Assembly (NCBI GenBank): GCA_025611195.1
Contig: GCA_025611195.1_4718.1
DNA: 64,000 nt
Direction: 5' to 3' (one strand)
From: a phage
The position numbers and the translations under genes are program-made. The notes under the pieces were generated by a model. That model did not search any database and was not told the origin of the DNA. It saw only the letters and a program-made list of their open reading frames with translations. Below are positions 38,652 to 48,374 of this stretch, one piece after another; the first letter of the stretch is position 1, and every line of letters starts with the position of its first letter.

Positions 38652-39178
38652 AAGCCCTTAAAACCCGGTGCCATAGGTTGCCCAAACACCGCATTCAAAG
38701 TACATATGATGTCCTGGATGCCATTGTCCCAATGGAGCCAAGTACGCACCATCTCTTCGTCTGACAACGTGATATAACTCATAAGTTTACCGCTGCTTTC
38801 CAGACGTTGGTGTGAACTTAGCGACTGACGATCTGACCAGTTATCAATCAATTGACCGGCAATCTGAACGTTCGTGTCTCGTCTACCCGTGTGAATGAAC
38901 CGCAGTGTATCACGGATAAACTCCAGACTGGTGAAATTCAGATTTGGGTTATGGCTGTTCATTTCCACCCAATCGGTGATGGGGTACATCAAACGATAAA
39001 GGGTAGAAAGAACCTGACGTTCATATTTCCAGTCGTCGAGAGGGGTACCGTCGACCAAACGCTGATACAAACTAACAACGTCACGATCGTAGTTCTCCTG
39101 GCGTTTTACACCGTTAACCGGAAATCCAAAGAACCCGGTACCGTATAACGTTAAAGGGACGTCACGAAGTGCACTCAT
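38648..39178 (-). CDS. hypothetical protein (about 176 aa)
   Basis: Track start 39310 lies inside the upstream gene; ATG 39178 overlaps the upstream stop (ATGA) with GAGG SD. Confidence 0.65.
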   Translation of the reverse strand: MSALRDVPLTLYGTGFFGFPVNGVKRQENYDRDVVSLYQRLVDGTPLDDWKYERQVLSTLYRLMYPITDWVEMNSHNPNLNFTSLEFIRDTLRFIHTGRRDTNVQIAGQLIDNWSDRQSLSSHQRLESSGKLMSYITLSDEEMVRTWLHWDNGIQDIICTLNAVFGQPMAPGFKGF

Positions 39179-40077
39179 ACAGCCGCCTCTTCTTTTCGTT
39201 TGATGTCGTAACGAAGTTTCTTCAGTCGCTCTTCGTGATATTCGATCTGCTGCTGGATTTTTGGATCGTTGCCCGCATTCTGTTGCTTTTGCTTCAGTGA
39301 CAAAATCCAATACTCCAGTGCTTGGGCTTCTTCTTTGGCCGCTTGCAATGATGCTTCTTCACGTTCGCTGCGCCAGATACGGAAACGGTAAACGAGCGTG
39401 TCGGTTACATCACCGTTAGCCCACGAACCCATACGCATCGGGTCAGTATTACCCGCGTTGTACAACCCATTACCAACACCGTCTTCATCAGAAACCACGA
39501 CATCCGGGATTTTATCCAACCCAGCAAGGATCTGTTGTTTCTGTCCACACAGCACTTCGGTGGCAATGGCGAAACCGTACATATTGGCGGTCAGGTAAGC
39601 AATCTCGTTTTTGGTGAAGAACTCACCAAGTGCTTTATCACCACCTGGCATGCTTTCGCAGATGACCGTCGCACGAAGCAGTGTACGAGCGTAGCTAACG
39701 TAGAAGCCCAAGGACTCAACAAGACGTACCAGAGCGGCTTCTTTGAAACTTAGACCGTCGGCAGCAACATCGATTTCCAGGTTTTTGTTAACACGTTTAA
39801 CAATTTCTGGAATCAGGTCAACAGCATTACGTAACGCTAAGTGAACGTTTTCTACCCAGCTTCCAGATCGAACGCGGGTTAAACGCTGGTGCAGATCCTT
39901 GTCAGCGAGTTTCCATAATGCGCTTTCTCCCTTTTGGAGAAGCGAAGCGGATGTCTCGTAGTAAGGAATCGCGGTGTTGTTGATTTCGTCACGGATTGAT
40001 TCAAGTGCGTCAGCAACACCGGTGCGTTTAAAAAGCGGCTTCAAACCGCGAATGAATTCTTTAAAATCGATTGCCAT
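39175..40077 (-). CDS. hypothetical protein (300 aa)
   Basis: AGGTG SD before ATG 40077. Confidence 0.75.
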   Translation of the reverse strand: MAIDFKEFIRGLKPLFKRTGVADALESIRDEINNTAIPYYETSASLLQKGESALWKLADKDLHQRLTRVRSGSWVENVHLALRNAVDLIPEIVKRVNKNLEIDVAADGLSFKEAALVRLVESLGFYVSYARTLLRATVICESMPGGDKALGEFFTKNEIAYLTANMYGFAIATEVLCGQKQQILAGLDKIPDVVVSDEDGVGNGLYNAGNTDPMRMGSWANGDVTDTLVYRFRIWRSEREEASLQAAKEEAQALEYWILSLKQKQQNAGNDPKIQQQIEYHEERLKKLRYDIKRKEEAAV

Positions 40078-40116
40078 GAGTGAGCACCTATGCTATTTCG
40101 AAACAGGTTACGTGTA

Positions 40117-41223
40117 TTAACGAATCTGTGGGACGTTTCCGGTACGGAGCGCCTGGAGGATCGTCAGAAGATCGGAACCCGAGGTTGACGAACTGTTGGA
40201 TTTTTCCAGCTGCTTGAAGCTTACGGTGGTCCCTTGATCCAAGCTGTGGAAATAGAAGGTCACCATCTCTTCAGCTTCGTCGATGATGATCAACTGCATT
40301 GCAAGGGCTTCAGCCATGACTTTCTGACGTGTGTTATAGTCAGATAAACGACGTCCGATCTTACGCTCGATGGCTTCCTGGTTAGCCTTAGAGATGATAT
40401 AGGTGGAGGCGATTGCTCCAGAAGAAGGGATCTTTGTGCTCGCTGCTGCTTTTGCGGCATTGATGCGCGCAGCATTAACAGCCTTGCGGATACCCTCTTT
40501 ATCCATGCGTGAGATTCGTTTATGTTCACGAACCAGATCGCTAAGCAGGATCATATCGCTCCAGAAAGATAGCTCACCGGCCATCATGCGATGCCAACGT
40601 GCTCGCCAGGTGTTCTGTGGACCGCCAATCGCTAAAATCGCTGCAAGCACTTCCGCTGGCGAACTCGCGATACGCATGCTGATGTTCAACGGCATTTTCA
40701 TCGTTGCCTGACCATCGGTCAGCGTTACGGTTAAGAACTTGCCGGTAACCGCGTTCGCATCTTTGTTCAGCAATTCGATCGCAGCGTCGCTGGCTCCAAC
40801 ATCGGCGATGTTTTTTTGTTTCCCCTGCAGGTTGAATCCTTTGTCATCAAGGAAAACAAGGCTTTTGCTATCCGCACTTTCCAGTGCTAATTTAACAGCC
40901 TTATCCATCAGGTTAGCGTTACGGTTTGGGTTCACACGACCCAGCGTTTTATCGACACTGATATTACCCACCTGCATGATGGTGTTCAACGCCAGTAAAT
41001 AGAACCCGGTATACATGTTTTCAGCGGTGCGCATGCAGTTGCCTAACGCATTGCGTGCGTCGCTATAATACAACTCACGTTCAAAAATCAACGGCGCGAT
41101 AACGCGTGAAGGTTGTGAGAGTTCAACCAGCGAACCTGGCTGGATAAGTTTATTAACTTCGTAGACTTTAGCGATACCGGACGCAACAACGTTAACAGCG
41201 TCGGCAATTTCTGATGCTACCAT
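40117..41223 (-). CDS. hypothetical protein (368 aa)
   Basis: AAGGA SD before ATG 41223; divergent from the 41258 gene with only 34 nt between starts. Confidence 0.8.
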   Translation of the reverse strand: MVASEIADAVNVVASGIAKVYEVNKLIQPGSLVELSQPSRVIAPLIFERELYYSDARNALGNCMRTAENMYTGFYLLALNTIMQVGNISVDKTLGRVNPNRNANLMDKAVKLALESADSKSLVFLDDKGFNLQGKQKNIADVGASDAAIELLNKDANAVTGKFLTVTLTDGQATMKMPLNISMRIASSPAEVLAAILAIGGPQNTWRARWHRMMAGELSFWSDMILLSDLVREHKRISRMDKEGIRKAVNAARINAAKAAASTKIPSSGAIASTYIISKANQEAIERKIGRRLSDYNTRQKVMAEALAMQLIIIDEAEEMVTFYFHSLDQGTTVSFKQLEKSNSSSTSGSDLLTILQALRTGNVPQIR

Positions 41224-41257
41224 ATTGAAATCCTTATTTACAAATAAAGGAAAGAAA

Positions 41258-42463
41258 ATGTCTAATTACTACGACCAAGCTATTCAAACCATTCAGGAGA
41301 ATAATGCGTCGTTAACACCCGAAGCTGTGGAGGCAGCGGGCAATGCGGTGTTATTCACTGATTCGGATTGGGCAATAGCGCGGAAGAATATTCGTACCAG
41401 TGTCGGTCAAGGGACATACGAGGACAGTATCGCCAGACGGTATCGGAATGTGTCACCTATTCCAGGTAACAGCCCGATTCCGATTAACCGCGATCATGCC
41501 GGTATTACCTTCTTCACACGACCTAATTTACATCTTACCGACGCGAACTTAAAACGAGATCGACGTTTGTGGTCGTTACGCACGGATAACCCTAACAGTA
41601 TTCAGGCTGTTGTCCGCGACTACTTGGACCCTGTGGGTGCCAGAAAGCGGAACCATCGAGGACGTGCCATCGTCGATGAGCGCAATCCATTCATAAGTAT
41701 ACTGACGGACAACCTAACGGATATCAGTGGCTTCAACGACATGGAAATGCAGGTTTACCAGGGTAAACCGGGATTACGTCAAGAAACCGTTGTGATGGCT
41801 GACGGTTCAGTGGATATGTTCCAGCCCTATAACCTGAACGCGACGTTCAAGAACATCATGGGTAACCCCATCATGTTCCTTCATTATATTTGGTTGATTT
41901 ACATCGCAGGCGTGCATAATGGCGAACTGACGCCAAGCCCTCAGGCCATCATTGATAATGAAATGGATTACTGGACAAGATGCTATCGTATCATCTTGGA
42001 TCCGACTGGGATGTATGTTCGTTATATCTTCGCACCGACCGCGATGTTTCCTGTCGGGTTACCGATCGGTAATATGGCTAACTACAGCGTCGATAAACCC
42101 TTCACGCAAGATAACGAACGTATCACTATCCCATACCAAGCGGTTGGTAACAACGCATTCGATGAAATTCTGAAGGATGAATTCAATCGCCTTGTTCTGA
42201 TGTTCTATTACGGTGAGAACGATACCCGTACGTTCCTTGAAGATGAGGAGTTGGTACCTATCTCACCCTACGAGCGTCGAATCATGTCGTATCGTGTCGA
42301 TATGTATCCATTTATTCATCCGTTGACCTCAGAGCTTCTTTGGTTCGTACCCGCTGATGCTTACAACGAATTCTATCTGGATCTTGAGCCATCGGCGTTA
42401 CCACCGGATACGTTCAGTCGCGATCTTGTCCGTACCACCATTCCGCAAAATTACGAGGGATAA
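41258..42463 (+). CDS. hypothetical protein (401 aa)
   Basis: Track start is TTG 41225; AAAGGAAAG SD precedes ATG 41258. Confidence 0.75.
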   Translation: MSNYYDQAIQTIQENNASLTPEAVEAAGNAVLFTDSDWAIARKNIRTSVGQGTYEDSIARRYRNVSPIPGNSPIPINRDHAGITFFTRPNLHLTDANLKRDRRLWSLRTDNPNSIQAVVRDYLDPVGARKRNHRGRAIVDERNPFISILTDNLTDISGFNDMEMQVYQGKPGLRQETVVMADGSVDMFQPYNLNATFKNIMGNPIMFLHYIWLIYIAGVHNGELTPSPQAIIDNEMDYWTRCYRIILDPTGMYVRYIFAPTAMFPVGLPIGNMANYSVDKPFTQDNERITIPYQAVGNNAFDEILKDEFNRLVLMFYYGENDTRTFLEDEELVPISPYERRIMSYRVDMYPFIHPLTSELLWFVPADAYNEFYLDLEPSALPPDTFSRDLVRTTIPQNYEG

Positions 42464-42466
42464 TAA

Positions 42467-45460
42467 ATGAGCGTAACCAACAAAGATCTTGCTGAACAGC
42501 TCAATCGCTATATGCTTTCACCTATTGAGATGCAGGCTGTTGCAAGCGATATGATCCGTTTGGCTTCTGATGGTGAATTAACCCTGGTTGACCCCAGCTG
42601 TCCGTTTGTTTATCTGCTGGAGGTTGCAACGGCGACGGCTGCGAACCAGAACGCACGGGATGAGTCCCGTGTTCGCGAACTGTATCCAAAACTTGCAACG
42701 AACTGGAATCAGCTCTATCGTTGGATGTATGATGAGTCGTACGTCGGACGTTTCGCAATGCCGGGTAAAACGGAAATCATTTATTCGTTAGGGTATCAGG
42801 AAATCCTCGATCGCGCTGTAGAAATTCCAAACACCGCTTCCTCCGATGATTTAAGCCGTTCTTACAGCCGTAAGTTAGTGATACCACGTACGACGGCGTT
42901 TACGGTAGCCGGAATGGATTTCGGGTTGCATTATCCCATCGAAATCCAAGTGCAGGCGCACGACCAGATACGCGTTGTTTATAACACGGATAACATCAGC
43001 CCGTTGCAAACCTTGGAGAGTAACCAAGTTGAGTATGGGGTTGTTCGTGTAAAAGCGGGCAAAGTGTTGGTGATGCGTATCCCGCTGTTCCAGTTTAAAA
43101 CGCTGGTAAAAGATGTGCCGTTTAACAGCGTTCACGGGATGAACAGCAGCATTACCTTCGAAGATCAGTTTTACCATTGTCGTGCGTACATGTCGTCGGA
43201 TAACGATACCTGGACGGAGATAGCGACAACCCACAGTCAACAGATCTACGATCCGTTAACACCGACCATCGCGTTACAAGTAGAAGGGAACAAACTTAAC
43301 TGGCGTGTTCCTGAAATTTATTTGTCTCAAGGTACGATGGATAAAAGCACCATTCGACTTGAGGTGTTGACGACGAAAGGGAAAATCAGCGTCGACCCGT
43401 CTGATTACGACGTGACCGATTGGAAAGATAACTACATCGATTTGTCACCAAAAGCCGAACAGAAATACAGTGCGCCGCTAAGTGCGTTCAACATTAAAGG
43501 GATTTATAGTGAAGGGGCGTTGTCGGGCGGACGATCCGCATTAACGTTCGAGGAGCAACGTGAACGCGTTATGGCAGGCGTGAACAAAACCAAGGTACCG
43601 ATCACGGGAACACAGGTAGAGCTGGTGCTTCAAGATGCGGGTTATGGGATGGTAACCACTATCGACAACGTAACAAATCGTTCGTTCCTGGCAACCCGAG
43701 ATTTACCGCAATTGAGCGACAGCGTGCCGCAGGCCGGTTCGTTGATGGGGTCTTTCTATACGTCAGCCGCAGCATTGGTGAAAAGTAAGTTTGTCGCCGA
43801 TAACGGCGATCGTATCACGATTAAACCTGACTGCCTGTATCGTGACAGTAACGGAAGTATCGCGCTGTTGTCAGACGATGAAATTGATCGTATTAATGCA
43901 GGCGACTCCGATGCGAAGTTGAACGCAGTAAACAACGCCATGTTGTTTTACAGCCCGTTTCATTACGTGTTGGATGCGACAAGCGATTTCGACATTCATG
44001 CTTATTACCTGGATGCTCCTAAGATCGGCACACAAGCATTCCTCGACGCGAACGAGACAATCCCGTTAACCGCTATGGTGACCGGATACCGTCTGGACCG
44101 TATCGCTGAAGGATATCGTCTAAGCCTCATCGTCGAAGGTAACGACGCATGGAAAGCGCTCGACGATAAAAACGTGCATGTGCAACTGGGATTCAATCCG
44201 CGGGGTGAGGGTGATTACGCAACGATGTTAGCATCGCCTACAACCGATGATGAAGGTCGTCGTTTGTTCACCTTCGATATCACCACGAATTATGATTTTA
44301 CACGAATCCTGGCTGATGATTCCACAGCGTATGAACCGTATATCGCACTGACGTCCTTCTCGATGTATGAATCCACACCACGCGATTACTGGGCGTCATT
44401 ACAACAGTACCTGGAAATCTTCCATGTGGTGACGGATTACGCGCCGGAAGATGTCGACGGTATTTTACACAGCGCTTCCGATAATTACCTGGTTAAGAAA
44501 CTTACGCTTCAAAATGGGTATTGTTTCTACCGTGAACGTCTCACCGCAACCTTTGGTTATGATCTGGATGGTCTTTGGATGCGCTCTCGTACGGTAGCCT
44601 CGGAGATTACGTATAAACGTTACACCGAGAACATTCCGTGGGTGTATGAAGAAGATATTCCAGCGACGGATGAGACCGGTTCGGTTATCATTGAGCAAGG
44701 TGAAGACGGTACGTTGTCGGTTAAATACCTGCATCGTAAAGGTGACCCGAAATTAAACAGTGATGGAAGCCAAGCCTATCGTTATCTGAAAGGCGACATC
44801 ATGAAAGATAATTACGGTAATCCGATTCCTGTCGATGAACGTGAAGTTCTGCGTAACCTGGACATGTTCTTTATCGATGCGTCGTATCTGCTAGCGAACG
44901 ATACTGACGTGATTGACTATCGTAATGCGATTCCTACGCAGCTTATCGAGTGGATCAAGAACGATATCATCACGTTCAGGAATTTCTGTTATGAGGAAAC
45001 GGAAATTTCACTGTATCCTAAACAATCGTTGGGGTATGTGGACGTTATTGTGGAGAACGGATTGGAAACGACGCTTCCTGCTGCCCTATCGTTTAACGTA
45101 ACGCTGTACTTACCGGCTAAGCAATACGCGGATTTGGATCTACGTCAAGTCCTTCAAGCGATGGTATCGAAAGTCATCAATAAATGCTTAACATCCCGTA
45201 CAGTGGCTAAAGCAGAAATGATCGCGATGATTCGTGAGGAAGGTGGCGACGACATCCTTAACGTTGAAATCGATGATTTTGGACCAGGTAAGAACCTCAG
45301 TGTTTATACCGCGAAGAACGACGGTGTTCGTTGTGCGGTGAAGAAAGAGCTTTATGTGAAAGCGGATGGTATCTTGTCCGTACGTGAAGCGATCGATGTA
45401 AGTTTTGTGAAACATGCACAAAGCAACAGTTCGGCATTAGCGCAAGGCCTTCGTGTCTAA
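42467..45460 (+). CDS. hypothetical large protein (997 aa), possibly structural
   Basis: Starts 4 nt after the previous stop; ends before hairpin 45482-45513. Confidence 0.8.
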   Translation: MSVTNKDLAEQLNRYMLSPIEMQAVASDMIRLASDGELTLVDPSCPFVYLLEVATATAANQNARDESRVRELYPKLATNWNQLYRWMYDESYVGRFAMPGKTEIIYSLGYQEILDRAVEIPNTASSDDLSRSYSRKLVIPRTTAFTVAGMDFGLHYPIEIQVQAHDQIRVVYNTDNISPLQTLESNQVEYGVVRVKAGKVLVMRIPLFQFKTLVKDVPFNSVHGMNSSITFEDQFYHCRAYMSSDNDTWTEIATTHSQQIYDPLTPTIALQVEGNKLNWRVPEIYLSQGTMDKSTIRLEVLTTKGKISVDPSDYDVTDWKDNYIDLSPKAEQKYSAPLSAFNIKGIYSEGALSGGRSALTFEEQRERVMAGVNKTKVPITGTQVELVLQDAGYGMVTTIDNVTNRSFLATRDLPQLSDSVPQAGSLMGSFYTSAAALVKSKFVADNGDRITIKPDCLYRDSNGSIALLSDDEIDRINAGDSDAKLNAVNNAMLFYSPFHYVLDATSDFDIHAYYLDAPKIGTQAFLDANETIPLTAMVTGYRLDRIAEGYRLSLIVEGNDAWKALDDKNVHVQLGFNPRGEGDYATMLASPTTDDEGRRLFTFDITTNYDFTRILADDSTAYEPYIALTSFSMYESTPRDYWASLQQYLEIFHVVTDYAPEDVDGILHSASDNYLVKKLTLQNGYCFYRERLTATFGYDLDGLWMRSRTVASEITYKRYTENIPWVYEEDIPATDETGSVIIEQGEDGTLSVKYLHRKGDPKLNSDGSQAYRYLKGDIMKDNYGNPIPVDEREVLRNLDMFFIDASYLLANDTDVIDYRNAIPTQLIEWIKNDIITFRNFCYEETEISLYPKQSLGYVDVIVENGLETTLPAALSFNVTLYLPAKQYADLDLRQVLQAMVSKVINKCLTSRTVAKAEMIAMIREEGGDDILNVEIDDFGPGKNLSVYTAKNDGVRCAVKKELYVKADGILSVREAIDVSFVKHAQSNSSALAQGLRV

Positions 45461-45481
45461 AACAAAATAGCATGAGCATAA

Positions 45482-45513
45482 CCCTCCTCCAACCCAACAG
45501 GGAAGGAGGAGGG
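45482..45513. terminator. GC-rich hairpin between convergent genes
   Basis: ccctcctcc-aa-ccc-aaca-ggg-aa-ggaggaggg; CATA 45477-45480 and TATG 45516-45519. Confidence 0.6.
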
Positions 45514-45522
45514 AATATGTTG

Positions 45523-48315
45523 TTATCTTACGTTGCTGCTATTCTGCTGTTCGCTGAACCAACAGTACACCTTGAGATCGGTACCGTATTTCAATGCGAT
45601 ATACGCATTCAGTGCGGCACAGAACAAAGACGCGAATGCCCATATCAGCGAAGGATCAACATCTTCCGTTACTACCGGGGGAGTATTATCCGGTTCCCAT
45701 GATGGAGAACTGTCCATGAACGTCGTGTACCATTCCCGCCGTTGTTCTTCAGTGGTAAAGTCGCTATGAGGTTCCAACGCTTCTTTTGCCAGACGTCGAT
45801 ATTCGAACATATGCGTTGCTAAAGCCGATGAGTTACCAGATTCGCCTTCATAGTTCGGATCCACCGCATAACAGAGTTCTGTGGAATTTAACAAAGCAAT
45901 CGCTTGTATGATGCTGTCGGCAGTGCCTGCACTATAGAGCTCGATAGACCGCGAAAGCTTTTCACAGAACGTATTTAACGCGGCAGGATTGGACACCTGA
46001 AGGTCGAGGCCTAATGTCCACGGATAGTTACTGAACACGCCCGTAAACCGCGGCATAACACCCAACAGATGTTGTCCGATTACGGCACGGTTATAAACAG
46101 CCCGGTTATAGACTTGAAACGCAGCCTCCAAGGCTTGGTTATAATGACGACGAAGTTCATCACGCGAGTTGCGGAATCTGTTTGCCGCAAGACTTGTGGC
46201 TGCGACGCTACAAACATCGTAATCGGTGGACGAGAGCACAGTTTCGTTAAGATCGAACGCTTCCTGTTTCAACGTTCCGCTAACAGCCGCTGCTTCGCTG
46301 TTTGCTTTATCGACAACTGTACTCAAAGCGTTGATGTAACGCTTAGCTCGGACCTCCAACCATTGTGCGATGCCGAGAATATCCACCGCAGCTTTAGCAA
46401 GGTCGCGTGCGTTCACGATTTCGTTCTTCAACGCACCTAAACCTTTATTCTCAGGCGATGAGGCTTGTTGACGAATCATGCTGTTCAACATGGTAAGCAG
46501 ATTATCCAACTCGTGTCCGCTGACCTTGTTACGCGCATCGGTAACTGGCCCTTGCAGGAATTTACGGCAACCATCGTTGTATCGAATCAGTTTATCCACA
46601 TCGATCGATTCGTTCGTGGATTCCTTGAACTGATCCTTCAATTCTTCACGGTAGTCATGGATTTCACTTGCGAGATTATCGATAGTGATACCATCGTGTC
46701 CAAGAAGAACTTTATTGAAGTTACCTTTCTCGAATGCAAGAGCAAGACCTTCACGAATCTTAGCGAGTTTATCCTGATCGAGTTCACGACCGTTCGATAG
46801 CTCTTTCACTTCCGAGCTGATTAATGCCGAAACGTTACCCAGATTGTCGGTAACCCCTTTGAACGCTCCCGACCAAATCGTTCCTGCTTCAGCGTATTTC
46901 GCAATGGTCTGAATACCGACGGTGTGCAGCGATGCTAAACGTTTCTTCGTGCCTTCGGTAAGCAATGCGTCTTTAGCTCGCGTAAGTTGACTGTTATTAG
47001 CTTCCGCCTGCTGAATCGCTGCTTTCGCACTTCCATTACGCCAGCTCTTAACCAGCCAATCAACCAAACGTTTTAGGATATTGACGGTGTATTCCATTGT
47101 CCGCCGTAACGTTTCCCACGCGCTTTCTGCGGTATAGATGCCGTACCCTTCCATCTTCGTTGGGTCAAAGAAACCTTCCTGCACGAGATCGGTACGTGTG
47201 TAGCCATCAGCAGCTTCTACTTCCGCCTGGGTTTTATCCCAGAAGTCGTCACTCTTTGCAGCAATCGCTGTATCTTTAACGTCCAGGATGATCTGACCAA
47301 CCGTTTGTGCAAACAGCAAGGCCGCACGTACCGATTGTGCGAACATCCGCTGATATTTGATTCGAACGCATTGCATCTGGGTTAGCAGATTCAGTTGTGC
47401 GATCCCATCCAAGGTGCTATCCTGAGCAAGCCCTTCGGCTTTAGCGATAACCTGTTTTACACGTTCAGCGACATCACCGTACTGCTGGCAAACATCCCGC
47501 AGAATACGTACCGCGAAGACCCCGGTACCGATATAGTTCAATAGGTCTTTTAACGACCATTCGGTCGGACAATCGGTCGGCGCAATAGGGAGTAAGCAAC
47601 CATCACCGTCCATGAATCTCTCTAATGCGTTAATATCCTGATTTTCTACGCTCATGGGGATATCGACATCAGCCGCTTGCAGATCCAGCATCTGTTGTAG
47701 GATGTTGGTATCGGCTTGTACAAGCGTCGCAAGCGCTTGGCTGTGTGCGATTATTGGTAACGCAGGCGACCATACTGCAGCAAGCTTGTCGACGTGACGT
47801 TGAATGGCATACCCCATATCCTCGATCACATCGGGATGCTCGATAACCCCCTGAAGCGTTTGATGTAGCTCACCGAGTTGCTGAGACAGATCGACCATCA
47901 TGGTGTTGAAGGTTTCGCCATCCTCTTTGTGGTTGTCCAGACGCTCGAGTTCATGTCGAAGCAATGTAACGAGCTGTCCGTTGCCTTCTTGCTTCAGCTT
48001 GCTTTCCATTAACGTAATGGCTTTATCGACGATCTGACACGCTTCACGAAAACCGGTTGTGGAAGGAAGCTCTGTCCATAACGCCAGCGGTTTACCGTCA
48101 AGGGCTTCCGGCATCGATAACGAAAGCATAGACAGTTGTTGACGTGATACTTGCTGTTCACGGTGTAATGTTTCTTTTAACGCCAGGAGATCGTCAAGAA
48201 ACGCGCCGTTAAGGGTGGTCGTACGCGGTGTTGAATTAATACCGTCAGTTAACGATTCAAGCACCAGGAGACCGTTATCAGCTGAAGAGAGTCCCGCGGC
48301 AAGATATTTGTTCAT
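45523..48315 (-). CDS. large inner-body-like family member (930 aa)
   Basis: GGAGTG SD before ATG 48315; contains DLVQEGFFDP...WETLRRTMEYTVNILKRLVDWLV matching the family helix. Confidence 0.75.
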   Translation of the reverse strand: MNKYLAAGLSSADNGLLVLESLTDGINSTPRTTTLNGAFLDDLLALKETLHREQQVSRQQLSMLSLSMPEALDGKPLALWTELPSTTGFREACQIVDKAITLMESKLKQEGNGQLVTLLRHELERLDNHKEDGETFNTMMVDLSQQLGELHQTLQGVIEHPDVIEDMGYAIQRHVDKLAAVWSPALPIIAHSQALATLVQADTNILQQMLDLQAADVDIPMSVENQDINALERFMDGDGCLLPIAPTDCPTEWSLKDLLNYIGTGVFAVRILRDVCQQYGDVAERVKQVIAKAEGLAQDSTLDGIAQLNLLTQMQCVRIKYQRMFAQSVRAALLFAQTVGQIILDVKDTAIAAKSDDFWDKTQAEVEAADGYTRTDLVQEGFFDPTKMEGYGIYTAESAWETLRRTMEYTVNILKRLVDWLVKSWRNGSAKAAIQQAEANNSQLTRAKDALLTEGTKKRLASLHTVGIQTIAKYAEAGTIWSGAFKGVTDNLGNVSALISSEVKELSNGRELDQDKLAKIREGLALAFEKGNFNKVLLGHDGITIDNLASEIHDYREELKDQFKESTNESIDVDKLIRYNDGCRKFLQGPVTDARNKVSGHELDNLLTMLNSMIRQQASSPENKGLGALKNEIVNARDLAKAAVDILGIAQWLEVRAKRYINALSTVVDKANSEAAAVSGTLKQEAFDLNETVLSSTDYDVCSVAATSLAANRFRNSRDELRRHYNQALEAAFQVYNRAVYNRAVIGQHLLGVMPRFTGVFSNYPWTLGLDLQVSNPAALNTFCEKLSRSIELYSAGTADSIIQAIALLNSTELCYAVDPNYEGESGNSSALATHMFEYRRLAKEALEPHSDFTTEEQRREWYTTFMDSSPSWEPDNTPPVVTEDVDPSLIWAFASLFCAALNAYIALKYGTDLKVYCWFSEQQNSSNVR

Positions 48316-48330
48316 AAAACACTCCGTTGG

Positions 48331-48361
48331 CCTAGGGGAAGGTTTTCAGCCTTCCCCTAGG
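48331..48361. terminator. 12-bp perfect-stem hairpin between 48375-51179 and 45523-48315
   Basis: cctaggggaagg-ttttcag-ccttcccctagg. Confidence 0.55.
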
Positions 48362-48374
48362 GTTATAAACACAA